This document shows, piece by piece, positions 25,439-39,362 of a stretch of DNA of 64,000 bases; position 1 is the first letter of the stretch, and each line of letters opens with the position of its first letter. The position numbers were made by a program, and so were the translations under genes. The notes under the pieces are model-generated. The model was not told the origin of the DNA. It did not search any database and saw only the letters and a program-made list of their open reading frames with translations. The stretch spans positions 63,302,001-63,366,000 of the forward strand of contig CM097884.1 of the NCBI GenBank assembly GCA_044892505.1, written 5' to 3'. This DNA is from Schmidtea nova (lineage: Eukaryota).

Positions 25439-27570
25439 CTAAATTAAATAAATACTTAAAAAATATCACCGAATAAAAATAATATTAATTTTACTCTTGT
25501 GGGGCATGATTTAGAATTCAACTTGTAAATGAACTAATATTTCGATTCAGTACAAATGTTTATATAGTGCTTATTTGCTACAAAATAATTTCTAAATTTG
25601 TATGTATAATTTTATTGGATGATGAATTTAATATTAGTTTTTCTATCCCGATTGACTGCTTTCAATATTTACAATCCAGTTGTAGAATTATGTAATTTAA
25701 ATAATCGATAATTTATTGACTATTTAATTTCAATGAGAATTTTATTATGTAATTTTAATATGTTTAATATTTTCAAATTATAAAATTAATATCTACAAGC
25801 TGCTATGAAAAAAATTTAATTTTTAATGACATAAATAAATCCTACATTTCATTAACAAGAAGTAATATGAAAGTTACTGTTGATAAAATTTTAATAGATG
25901 TTCGAATGTCAAAATATTTATGTAATTTTTATATCATATTATTTCAAGTAATTATATTTATACTATAAATTTTATACTAGTTATACTATAAAATTAAGTA
26001 ATTACTTGTTTTTTTATACATTGCGCTTTGGAAAATGGAAACTATGGTAAAAGGTAATTAAAAGAATGAGTCTATCTGAACAAGCAATATTATTGAATAT
26101 AAATCTACGGTTTTAATTAGTATGGTTAATTTGTTTGACGATTAATAAATATTTTTTTAAATAATAAAAATATTAAAATTAATATTTGTTTAGAAATTTT
26201 GGTATTTTAAAAATTAAACTTTATTAACTTGATTACATTGATACAATATATTGATTACAATTCAATAAAAATTTTGATATAGAAAATTGAAACCCTATTG
26301 CAATAAATTAGTAGAAATTAAAACTTTTCTGTCCAAAACAATCGTCATAGTTAATAATTACGTTAAATATTGATTTGTTACAACTATTTCGGCGTTGGGC
26401 GTATATTTCAAAATATTTATGAATCCATTGAATTGATCAATGAAAACAAAATATATTTGATCATTTATTGAAAAAATATAAAAAACAATAAATGCAATTG
26501 TTTTGGTTTCTGGAGTAATGAAAAATGTCTGTTTAAGTTTATTATAGTGGTATGTAGCTTGTTTATAATTATTGCTCCTAAAGGTAATAACCCATACACC
26601 TTCATGAAAGTGCTAATTTACCTTACTTATGTACTAATAATTGCTCTTTGGTAAATATTTTGGTAATATTCACGATTGTGTGAGAATTAATGCGCAGGTG
26701 AGCTCTGTTACAACAACTACTCATTGCATTCTCTTTCTGGTTCATTACTGTCAATTAAACGTGTTATTCACACAATTACTTTAACTTTCTATAATAGTCC
26801 TCCTTAGCTTATCTAATCATAACTTTATGAAATATTACTTTAAGTTATATAACATTTACACTCATTCGTTTTACTTTAATGCACACGTGATTGCATCTTA
26901 CACCCAGCGATCTTTCAAAATTCGGCAGCATCCTGTCTTTTTTCCAGATTTCTATTAAAAAATTTTTATGGTAACTGCTTAATTAAACATTTTGTAGAAA
27001 GACCTGTCTGTATTTATTGAATACATTCTTGATACAAACTGAAGTGGTTGCTTGCCAGAAAAAAACTTCAAACTCGGACCCTTTTGAATCTAATGAGTTC
27101 CTTTTCACGCCTGCATTTATTATCATTTCCAAAATTACCTTATTTATCAAGTATAATTACACAAATTAGTCCCCTGAATCACTGAACTTAATTCTCAAGA
27201 ATTTACTGAAATGATCTTGCAATAATCACTCAAGACTGTATAAAAATTACAAGAATAAATTTTGTAAAACCTAAAAATAGCTTCAAAGATTTATTCAAAT
27301 TATGTAAACTTCAGATATTATTACTTAAGCACATAACTTTCAAATTATCATTACACAATTAAAAAATACACTTACCATTTCCCGTAATAGTGACAAAGAT
27401 TTTTGATAGCGTTCCACGAAACTGACAAATAATGAGAAATTCTGACAGAGTTAAAAGTTATTTGACTGTCAAATATGGAGTTTTTTCATTCTTATCTCTG
27501 TGATTTTAATATTTTAATGGTGATTTCTACTATATTTTTTTAATAAATTATTTTATTTATTTTTATATTA

Positions 27571-30153
27571 CAGGCGAACCCGCTTAATATCATGCTTACG
27601 GTTCCAAAAAAAATCATGATATTAAGCGGGTCGTGATAATAACCGAAACTCGCTTAATATCCACATACGTGACATTAACCGAAAACTCGGTTATTATCAT
27701 TATTCATGACAATAACCGAAATTTTATTTCAATAGAGAATTTATTTATGCATTTATTTATGAAAAAAAGACATTATATTGACTACTTAGTAATAATTTAT
27801 TTATTTATTTATACATATACATATATTCGCTTGCAAATTTATTTGAACCATTTTTCTAATGTTAATTGACGTGTTTTGGTTGCATTTTTTCATATAGTGT
27901 GCTGAACTATATTATCCAACTGATTTAAACAGCCCCAAGCTGCAACATTGTTATTTGTTAAAAACATTTGTATATTTTTAAAAGATTCTAAAGCAATATT
28001 GTTGGTTATAGTTGTTGCAGTTGATTCTGTTTCATCGTCGCTATCATCACTTGCCACATTATTATTTTCATTTTGCTTTTTTTGTTCCTCGATGGATTCC
28101 ACAATCATTTGATCATTCAAAGGTTCTGAACATTCTTCAATGATATCCATTTCCAAATATTCATTAAAATCTAAATCCAGTTCATTTATATTCAAAGCAA
28201 GTTATTCACTTTCAATTAAATCTGGAGCTTTATTACAAAATTTTGCCTTTTTGAAATAATTTTGAACAGTTATGCTGGTAACCTTGTTCCATGCTTCTTT
28301 TATTAAAAGTACCGCATCCAATAGATTAAGTTTTTTTACTATTTGCCCAGCTTGTATTTGATTAGTGGAAGATTCAATTGCTGCTAGTAATTTCAATACA
28401 AGTAATCGACGATAATGGAACTTAAAATTGCGGATAATGCCTTGATCACACGGTTGAACTAGTGATGTTACATTGGGTGGGTGGAAAATTTATTCGATGT
28501 TATTAAATTTTAACTTTGGATGCGCAGAGCAATTGTCTAAGACTAAAGCAATCTTCTGACTTTGAGAATACAGTTCTTTATCCCATTGATGTAGCCATTC
28601 TTCGAATATAGAGGACGTCATCCAGGCATTTAAATTATTTTTATAGTTTACAGGTAACTGTCTAACACCTCGAAAGCAACGCGGTGTTTTAGATTTGCCA
28701 ATTACTAAAACTAGTTGCTTCTCACCATCCATACTGGCACAAAGTAAAATAGTAACTTTCTTTTGATACTTTACTCCCAGAACGTTCAGTTGCCTTAAAG
28801 ACATGTGAACCATTCGGCATTGCACGCTACAAAAGGCCAGTTTCGTCGGCGTTGAAAATATCTTTTGGTTGATAGCGGCGGAATACATCGACCAAGGTTG
28901 TAGATAACCATTTTTCTGCTGCAGGAACATCTGCATCAACTTTTTCCCCGTGTGCTTTTTTATATACGATTCCAAATCTTTTCTTCTACTTATCTAACCA
29001 TCCATTAGTGGCCACAAAATTTATGACGGATAGATCTCTAGCAAATGCTTCAGCTTTGACACGCAGTATTTCACCGATGATGCTAATGTTGGTGGCTAAA
29101 GCACCCACAAACCATTTATACAATGCTTTATCTACATCTTCAGCTCTGCTATGCCGTTTTCTTTTCTATTGCTGTTTAAGTTTACAACATCAGATAATGC
29201 ACTTTTGTTTTTATAAATTTTGCTCACTGTTGATGAATCAATGTTGAATTTCTTAGCAACAGCTGCATACGTTTGTTTTGGTGGTCCATCACAAGCTGCT
29301 ATAATATCCAATTTTTGTTTTGCAGTTAATTCTGTTCGTTTACGTTCTGTCATTTTTGATTTAGCCCTTGTAAGAAATTATAAATTACATACATGTGTAT
29401 TAAAACAACAATCACTTTAATCTCAAAAAAATTAAGAAATCTTATTAAAATTTACCTCTGTTTATATCAAAACCCTGTAGATTTTACTTGCTTCCAATAA
29501 ATATATGTATTTTAAATTAAAATTATCAAGTTTCTGATTAGATATGTATTTCAAAACCATTTACAAACTTTATTAGATAAAATAATTATTGACAGAACTG
29601 CATCTAATGTTATTAACCAACTGCGTATTATCATCAACTGTAGGTGTGTTTACTTTTTAAATGCTCACCTGTTACATTTTGGATGAGTACATTCAATATA
29701 TGTATTTATGTGTAAATAAATGCGTTTTTTAAAAGATTTGAAAAACGAAATAGGAAAATTGTTTAAATATGATTTTCACGGTTTTCTATCACCATCTTGC
29801 GTTTTTATTGTGCAATAAGTTTGTTTTTATAAGAAATATAAGAAAACAGTTACAAAATATAGGAAATGTAAATTATATTTGAAGTTTCAGTTTTAAATTT
29901 TTTAAACTTCTTTTGTGTGAACTTTGATAAAAAAGATTATAAAAAAATTCATAAAAAATGATATTAAGCAAATTTGAAATATCAAAATCAAAAAATATTC
30001 TTGATAATAAGCGGGAAATGGATATTATGCAAGATGATATTAACCGAGTAAAAATGTATTGATTTAATAGTGTTTGGCAAGTGGATTTTGGGTTTTAGTG
30101 ATATTTAAACGGGTCGTGATAATAACCGAGGTGATATTAAACGGGTTCACCTG
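27571..30153 (-). mobile_element. Complete but inactivated Tigger/pogo DNA transposon
   Basis: TIRs CAGGCGAACCCGCTTAATATCA / TGATATTAAACGGGTTCACCTG with TA flanks; CENP-B HTH (RTELTAKQKLDII...FNIDSSTVSKI), FNADETGL, LVIGKSKTPRCFRGV, NAWMTSSIFEEW, LVLDNCSAHP, QPCDQGII; several frameshifts. Confidence 0.9.
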
Positions 30154-30290
30154 TATTGATCATGTTTTTTTCATATTTGATCAACAACCAATAATCTTGC
30201 ACATTCAATTCTCTTCAAAGTTCTTCGCGTGTAAATTTGACCTTCAATCAAATTGTGTGCTCTATTTTTAAATGCCTTTTTCTGTCATTT

Positions 30291-30888
30291 TGTTGGGTTA
30301 TTAATGATTAGTCGGTGGTTTTTGACTCCTGTGTTCCCTTTTTATAAGGACAATAAATTAGACCCAACACAATAATTTTTATTTTTTGTTTCAATAACAA
30401 CACTCTTAATCACAGAAAGTTATAATTGTTCTGCACTATACAATAAGGTAAAAGACCCAATGGGATACGCAGGAAATTGATAGATCGATAATTTATAACT
30501 TTTAATTACCGTTTTAGCTTACTTTACACGTTCAGATTTCTGCTCAACTTTTTGAGTTTTTCTTCGACCAACTGGCAATATCGGCAAATTTCCCTAAGTT
30601 TATATACTGCCTTTTTCCTTTCATCCTGTCACCTTAATTGGATCTATCAAAATAAAATAATCAAATTGCTTCTGCTGCTGCTTAATTGAATTTTTCTGAC
30701 AATGTGTTTGCAGCTTTTCCGAGGCATCTTTTGCTCATCCAATTTATTTGGATAATTAAATGATTTTGTTAATGCCCCGGGTTTCCCACATCCCTCACGT
30801 TTCCCATTAGCTCGGGTTTCAAATTAGCTCGGGTTTCCCATTAGCTCGGATTTCCCATTAAGCAACCCCAACATATCTCACCCTTTTA
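30291..30888 (-). mobile_element. 3' LTR (30291-30873) of a Ty3/gypsy element with adjacent polypurine tract
   Basis: Minus strand reads ttcgaggacgaaatttatttaaaagggtgagata then TGTTGGGG...ACCCAACA; three 17-bp repeats ttcccattagctcgggt. Confidence 0.7.
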
Positions 30889-31929
30889 AATAAATTTCGT
30901 CCTCGAAATTCTTTTAATCGATTTACACTACCTAATTAGCATTTGCCTTTGTGCTGTTGAATCCACAGAGTTATTTTCAAAGATTTTGAATCACATTTTG
31001 CTCGCTACTCCTATTGAAACTACTAAAAAATATAAATTGTCATTTCAAAACATACATAAATGTTATTTCTTTTTGAATTTCAAGATTTGAAACGTTTACA
31101 GAATGAAATGTTTAAATATATACTAAATTTACACTATAATCACTAAAGAAATATATAATACATTGAAACCCCTTTAATTTCTCGTAATTTTGTCTCAAAT
31201 AATTGAAATTTGTGAAAATCTGAAAGTTTTGACCCTTAGTAACTTTTTATTTTAAACTTTGATGATACTAGTTCTTTAGTCAACTTTGTTCGTCTCATTT
31301 CTCTCTACAGCATATCAAAAAATAAAGTTTTTGGCCAAGGTTTTGACCCTTTGTATCTTCGAAACTTGGCAAGATACGACCCTAATTCTATGGACAATTT
31401 TGTTCAGCTTAACATTCTCTACAAAATATCAAAAGTTTTCTTTACCCCGTGTCTTCAAAAACCTTCAAAATCGCTACCATTGGAAACCCTTGAATTTAAA
31501 AAATAATTTGACAGTTTTTTCGCAATCTGCTTTCTAAGTACATTTGGAGTATTGTATTAAAATTTGCTTCGGATAAATTTTTATTTTGACCCTTCAAATG
31601 ATTAAAACCTTTGTACCTTTGAAAAGTGCGGAGCACCAAAATTTTTGATCACATAAAATTTATTCAGCTTTGCACTACCAACAATAAATTAATTATTTCC
31701 CCCATTTAACTTTTTTCTAATAACCATAAATAGTGAAAAACGTTTAATATTTAAATTTTAAAATTATTAAAACCTTCATGAAAGGATTAACTGTAAGTAC
31801 TTTGAATAATTGATGCCTTATATTCAACAATGTCTTAAGCTTTTATCTTTTGTTATTAAATATATATATATATATATATATACTGCATCTTTAAAATTAA
31901 TTTTCGGATCTGGCAAACGTTTCTGTACA

Positions 31930-33478
31930 CGATCAATTTTTTTCAAGAATACAATGCCAGAAATGAAATAAAACGAGAAAATTGAAATTCAATACGTTTT
32001 GCATTAAATTGTTTGCTTCACTTCTTGTATCGGATGTTTGGTTACTATCCTCAGATGGTTCTTCAAATATTTCGACAAATTTATCAATAGCAACGAAAAT
32101 TGCTTTCACAACTTCCGCTTGAGCACTCCATCGTGTGGTTGATTCACGCTTCACAATTATAATTATAACATCAATCATTTTTTGCCAACGATTAGTTGAA
32201 CTTGAAAATAATAAATAAATATGTTCAATTTCACCGAAAAAGCTTAACATTATTGGATCAATTTGAGTGAATGCTGGTTGTCACAATTTATAATAAACTT
32301 ATAATAAACACTTTGTTGGGTTATTAATGAGAAGTCGTTTGGTATCTGACTCCGATGTTCTTTCGTTCACAAAACAAGTTAGACCCAACACAGTAATCTT
32401 TATTTTCAACAATATTACAACAATATAAATCACAGAAAGTTCCAATATTGTCTGCACTCTTCTGCGCGAGGGTAGAACACCCAATGGGATATCTCTCTTT
32501 CTGGTACGCAGGAAATTGATTACTTTATAACTTATTACCGTTGCAGCTTCCTTTTCCACTTGCAAATTCTTCGTTTAACTCTTTTAGATTTTTCTTCAAC
32601 CAACTGGCGCATGCTGAAATTTTGACTTGCCTTTTATAGTGATTTTTTCGATTGTTTCTGTCACACCTTAATGGATCTGTCAATTACAAAATTAATTGGG
32701 AGTTGCCGCTAAGTGGGTTTGCATCTTCTTTCCCCGGGGCACCCTTCAATTATTTCATTTATTTTAATCAATTGTTTTGTTGATGCTCCGGGTTTCCCAC
32801 ATCGCTTGGGCTTCCTACTAGCTCGGGTTTCCTACTAGCTTGGTTTTCCCATTAGCTCGGGTTTCCCATTGAGTAATTAATTATTTTAATTAATTTGTAT
32901 TTTCTAAATATTTCTTTCTGGGGACCCCTTTTTATTTTTATATGCCAATATTCGAATTCGTCTCATCATTTGGCATCTTCCCATATCAGTTTTCCCCTCT
33001 CAAACTTTATTTTATATAAATTTTTAATTAATGTTTTCACATTAATTATTATTTTTCCAATTTTTGTATTTTTTATTGATTTGTGCAATTTAATATTTAT
33101 TTTCTGTAAATTTTAACAACCCCAACAACTTTGTCAATTTTCGCAGCACTTAAAAAGCACAAAATGAATTTTTTGAGATAATGACAAATAAATGAATTTT
33201 TAAATTTAACCCCGTTTTAAAGAAAACTTTATATTTTTGCAAATTTACATCCTTTCGAAAAATAAAAATTTGAAAATTCTTTGTTTTAATATTAACTCAA
33301 ATTTTTAATAGAATATGTTTGATATTAAAAGAAATCCCACGTATGAAATAAATTAAAAAATAATCAAAAGGTTGTTTTAGGAATTAAATTAAAAATTTAT
33401 CAAAGACAAATTGGCGCCCCTATAATAGTGGCGCCCGGAGCAAATGCCCCGTTTGCCTTGCCCTAGATACGCTTCTGA
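31930..33478 (-). mobile_element. hAT transposon remnant split by a solo LTR
   Basis: CDNQHSL...FFGEIEHIYLLFSSSTNRW...KRESTTRWSAQ hAT transposase motif; GC-rich terminus cagaagcgtatctagggc...gggcgcc (minus) ending near 33478. Confidence 0.65.
32314..33127 (-). mobile_element. Solo LTR (814 bp) with 4-bp TSD ACTT
   Basis: TGTTGGG at 32314 and CCCCAACA at 33127; ACTT at 32310-32313 and 33128-33131; homologous to 30291-30873. Confidence 0.8.
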
Positions 33479-33534
33479 TATATACATACACACTCACATT
33501 TAACGATTAATTCTCCATCACATCTAATGTGGTT

Positions 33535-34975
33535 TCAACAATTCAAATATACAATGGCGATGTAGCAGGTCATCGGAAGAAAAATATAATCTTTGATACA
33601 TGTGATTCTTTCCTCTATATCTTTATTTTCATAAATGCTTAATCGTGCCCATATCAAATTTAGCATAACATAAATAATATGTTGATTTTTAAATATGGTA
33701 TCGTTTTGAACAGAAAGTCTTCTGGACACTTTATATTCATATTCATCTTGGATCTTTGTAACTAAATCTTCAATGTTATATGTAATTTTATTGCTTTTGG
33801 TCATTGGCAACACATCAATTTTAGGATTTAGTAAACTCAAGCTAACAACACATTCTGCAATAGTAATTAACTCACAGGATATAACTTCGTTGACAACTAT
33901 GAATGAATGACCATTAAATGTTTTAAGATTAGGTATTTTTGAAATAAATTGATTAAGATCGTCATCTAAACTTTCATCTTTCTTCACTCAAAAGAGTTGG
34001 CTAGTAACACAACAATTACTAAAATAAAAATCTTCATTCATCTCATTATAACATATTTTATTCTCAACATTATTTTCAATTTCTGAAATACCTTGAACAA
34101 CACATGACAAAGAACTATCAACACCTTTAAATTCAACAACTGAATCCTCTAACCAAGACTAATTTTCAATACTTTCATAATTTAAATTACAATTATTAAT
34201 CATTGATTTACTTTCTTGACCATAACGAAACTCATTACCTAAACAAGCATTTATTTCAATATATAAAAGGTTTTAAAGAACTTGAATTATAAAGCATTTT
34301 TATTACTGTTACACATTTTCATATTTGTACCATTACGTTTAGATCTAAAATTACAATTTTTTATTTTTTATTTAAAACATAGATTATTATTATTTATGGA
34401 TGTTTTATAATCAGCCATTTTTAATTCAACCGTAAAGGTTTTATGCATTAAGTCATATATGTCATCATAATCAATTACACAAGATGCTATTTTTAAATAA
34501 TCATTAATACTCTCCAAAAACTGATCAATTATAAGATTTTGAACATTTACATCATAAACTGAAGTAGATCTAAATGCCTTTTTAGCTAAAGAAATTAAAT
34601 CATACCCAAAGTCAATAACTGATTCATCATAACTTTGTTTTCTTTTATAAAAGTTACTCCTCATAATACTGTTAACTACTTTACATACCAACTTGTGTTC
34701 CGTAGCATTATTTAATTTCTTCCAATCATTACCAATTCTCATTATATCAATCTGTTGCCATGCTCTTCTGGCAGCTCCTTCTAAATACAGTGGCTGCCTT
34801 TGTACCATTATCGCTTGGCTCTATCCATAGGCTGTGGCGTATATAGAATAGTCATATTTTCAATCATATTTTTTCATATTTGATTTACAAGCAATAATCT
34901 TGCGCATTCAATTCTCATGATGTTCTTCGCGTGTAAATTTGACCTTCAATCAAATTGTGTGCTCTCTTTTTAATG
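33535..34975 (-). mobile_element. Ty3/gypsy gag remnant and downstream decayed ORF
   Basis: YATAYG*...QPLYLEGAARRAW...FYKRKQSYDESVIDFGYDLISLAKKAF is a retrotransposon gag motif. Confidence 0.6.
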
Positions 34976-36649
34976 GTTGTCCTATGTGAAAATAAATCAG
35001 GCGTTGTCTATGTTATGGGTATGGCATACCCACACATGTAATAATTCTATTTAATTTGTTTGATACGTACTTTATTTATCACAGAAGTGATTTAGTAAGG
35101 CAAAAATACTTCTACGATGAATAATTTAGTGTAGATTCCATATTTTAACATAAAGTTGTTTTAATAAAAACAATTATTGCTGCGGTTTTGAAGTGTTTCG
35201 ATACATTTTAGGTAAGTGTTTGTTAACAACAGTCCTTGAAATACACTTTTTAACTCTATATAACGTTTGTCAAAAGTCAATTTCTTGTTTTATCAAAGCG
35301 TGCATTTATTTCGACAAGGAAACATTACTAAAAAATTGATAATAAGGTACGAGAAGTAACATTTTTAGTATTGAGTGGTCTAAAAACATTTTCAGTTCTT
35401 GTATAAAAGACAAATGTTACCCACTTAGGTGAAGTTGTCGCCAGGCACTAAGCATTTTTCAGGGCTTTGTTATTTCAATCAGTTCTAAATTTTGTCTTAT
35501 TTACAATTAGCGTATCATGAACTTTGTTTTCATTACTACATTCCTATATAATTGGTATTTGCTTTATTTCAGAAATGAGCTCTCGTCCACATAGAGTCTG
35601 CAAACATGCTGCAAATGTCTCTTTTTATCGTTTCCATTCCATCTCGACTGACTTATGAGATGCGGTTCGTATGACTAGTATTGTACTTTACTGTGTTTAT
35701 TTTTCCTTGCGTTATTTTACTGCTTAACGTCTTGTCGTGAGTTTTGAATTTGTTTCTCTTTGTATGTATTTAATTTTTAATGAATTTTAATTAAATCTAT
35801 TTTCGATTCCGCCAGTCCAACATTTTTAAAATGTTTTTGGTAAATGTTTTTTGTAAATGTGAAAATGTTTATACAGAAAACACTTACTTTTTTAAGAAAA
35901 TCATAAATAATTTTGAAATAATTCTATGTTTAAAAGTACATATATATAGTCTATTTATAGTAACATGAGTCATGTGTCTTTGTCTAGGGGGTTTAAGAAA
36001 AAAATTAAATATTTTTTGAAAAAAATTCTGTTTAAAAGTGCATATATCGTCTATAAAAAGTAACATGAGTCATGTGTGTTTGTCTAAAAATGGGTTAAAA
36101 AATTGTCTAAAAAAAACCCTTGCCAAAAAATATCTAAACAATAACTAATAAATTGTGCCAAAAAATATTTAAACAATAATTCAAAAATTGCGCTAAAACA
36201 TTAATATTTAAACAAAATTGCATTAGAACATAAATTATTCAAACAAAATTTGAAATCGACGCCAAAAATTTATGTATAGTAATATATTAGTTAGCGCGCA
36301 GGTGGGGGCTTCAAAAACATTTTGAAAAAAATTCTTTTTAAAAGTACATATGAGTCATATGTTTTTGTCTAAGTGGGTTTAGTAAAAAAAAGTTCTTTGT
36401 TTCAAAATTTTTTATGGATGTATCATGTAGATGTCCGAGATTTCATGTACTTTTGGGGTGTAAAATTTGAAAATCCCGCTGAAATTCCTTTTTTTTGGAT
36501 CCTGGCCGGCTTTTCGACCAATCAGATCACAGGAAAATCGAAATGTCATTGCGGGTGCACAATATTTATTGAGTGGATGTTCTCATCTGCAAAGATGATT
36601 CATCGAGGGCTCACGGCTAACTACTCGAGTGTGTGGGAAGCCTGGACGT

Positions 36650-37170
36650 GATAATTATCCCCGAGAAAATTGAGATTCAAAGGGAACCCGAGAGATACAA
36701 TTAATAAAGGGATAAGTGATATTTTATTTTTAATTAAATTAATTAAGAAAGGTCAATTGGGAGATACCGTCAGACAGATTGGTAGAGAAAACTCATTAAA
36801 AAGAATAATATTTAAAGGAGATGAAAATTCCAGAATTTGCCAGAGTGGTCGAACAAAAGAAGTGAGCAAAAAATCATTAAATGGAAAAGATAAGCAAGTT
36901 AAAACTGGAAAGTTAAAGTTAAATTTATTCTTCACAGCGTACCAGGAGAGATCTTCCATTGGGAGACTTATCCCCACGCTCAATTGGAAAAGCAGTTCAA
37001 AGTTATTGTGAAATTTTACAGAGACTTGCCGTAGTCAGAAATTTTATCAAAGATTTGTGTTAATAATAATTTCAAATAAAATTTTCTGTATTGTGTTATT
37101 TTTCTGAATTAATCATTAGAACACCAAGAAGTCAGATAAATTGTACCGAGTAAATTGAATAAATACCCAA
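36650..37170 (+). mobile_element. Eroded LTR-like sequence
   Basis: gggaacccgag motif, internal AATAAA and end aaatacccaaaa resemble the TGTTGGG LTR family. Confidence 0.35.
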
Positions 37171-39099
37171 AATTTTTAATTATATTTTTTTGTTTACAAG
37201 TATCTTCGCAACGACTTCATAAAAAGGGAAATATATTTTCAATAACTCAGAATATATATGCGAGGGACTAGTTTTATTTATGAAATCTTAAAGTTTTGGG
37301 AATGCTTTTGAAGAGAGACTCTGAAGCGACTATTAAAAGTTTTTGGATTTAATCCAAGAAATAATGTATTATACTGCTTAAAATGAAAAATGAATGTCGA
37401 ATAAATGAGCATGTTTGGCCGAATAAAATGATTTAATTTAGTTTAATGAAAGATTGATGACTTTAGAAGCTGATTATCACACAATTTTTTATTTATTTGA
37501 TGCGGATCGTCTAAATCAGTCTCGAATCAAATCATTGACTAGAAGAATTAGAAAGATTGCAGAAAAACGAAAGTCAGTAACTGAAAGGAATCCAATAGAC
37601 CAAAGTTTTCCATAATAATGTTTTTTATAAATTTGTTAGTTTTATGTATTTGATTGATATATATGAGACTGGTACTTGAATAAAGTAATTGTTTACGTCC
37701 TTTCTGTGATTTATGGTGATCGTGTGTTTGATGTATTAAGGGTTTTGTGATTATAGTTTTGTATATTAAATATAAAATAAATTATCAAGTACTTATTTAT
37801 TTAGTTATTGATTACTAACGGATTCATAATTTTTTTATTTTTAAATTTCAAGGGAATTTCAACGAATAGCTATAAAAGATAGATTAAGTGAGGAACTAAA
37901 ATTGTCAAAGTACTTTCTGTTGGTACCATAGCAGGATATCATTTTATGATAACTAAATAATTGTTGATTTTACCAATAGTTACCCATTGCATGCAACGTT
38001 GGTACTGTAACTAATGGTTGAAAATACTCGCAAAAAGTGAGCGCTGCTACCAGAACTATATTTACTCGAGTACTTTCTCTGGGTTCACGAGCTATCGATA
38101 GAAGATTTATTCTCGATTTTGATGTATGATCCCTTTTCCATTCCTAATATGTTTCAACCCTTACTATATTTTATTGTATTACAAACGGTTTTATTATTAC
38201 CTTTATCTGAGAAAAATAAAAATATGTACAATTATTGTAATGCCGATTTAATCATTTTTATTATAATGATTTCACAAACTGTTCTTTCTAATATTTGTGT
38301 TTTACTGATGTCAATTGTGAAATCCTTTAAGGTGGAACGCTTTCAGATCCTGAGATAATTTTAGGATGGAAGACAATAAAGAATCGAACTACCTGGAATT
38401 TTTAGGGTTATTGAAAATTGCTCTTATGGTTCAACATGTAATTTTATTTCAAGAAAAGAAAAGAAAAGAAGCAATTTTATGTAGATTCAATCAACTGACA
38501 ATACTTATTGATCGATTCACGGTCTACTCAAAATTCAGATGATCTTAGATATTTAAGAGTCACTAAACTGGTAAGACTAATTTTGATATATTTATTGATT
38601 TTTATTTTGTTACTTTTTCTAGAGAAATTCGTTGCCTACGACACAGAACTGAATATTTTCATACTCCTTGGAACATTTATAAGGACTATCTGTGCTATGA
38701 GTAATTTTATTTTAATGACAATAAAGATTTGTGTTGAAGATTTCGTCTTGTTTTTTGCAACATAAATTTCATGTAGTATTCATATTTTTGTGTAAAAATA
38801 TGTATTTATCATTTTATCGTTTTACCTCTAAAACTAGTTCATCCATCTACATAAGTGGTTTATAAGAATTCGTAGATGTAAATAATATATCTATAACCGT
38901 TTTTATCCCTAGTGGCTTATTAATATTCGAAAACGCTTTGTTGTTAATTGTCCTTCACTTCTATGTAATATGTTTGACATTACTAAAGTCTTGTTGTATC
39001 GTGCAGTTCTTTCATTATTTAAAAAAGATTTTTATTTAAAACAATCTTGCAAAACAAAAAATAAGATGTTATTTAAGAATGTTAGAATATATGTGTGTA

Positions 39100-39150
<51 letters not shown>

Positions 39151-39362
39151 ATTGTAGTAACACTAGAAATAATTACTATCAATGAAAAAAATTTATTTAA
39201 ATAAAAATGTTTCTGCATTGCGATTTGAATGTGCTGAATTGATTCGATCTTCATATTAGTTAAAACTGCCACTTTTTGAATTTGCTCCTTACTTTTTTGT
39301 GAATTAAAACACGTACTAATTGTTTTATAAATAATGCATATTTAATTATATATATATATATA

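Noticed and set aside
27110-27240. FLRIKFSD resemblance to RNA-dependent RNA polymerase
   Set aside because: Stops in all three frames and no other RdRP motifs.
30800-30860. CRISPR-like short repeats (17-bp units), also at 32800-32870
   Set aside because: Head-to-tail without spacers, inside eukaryotic LTRs, no cas genes.
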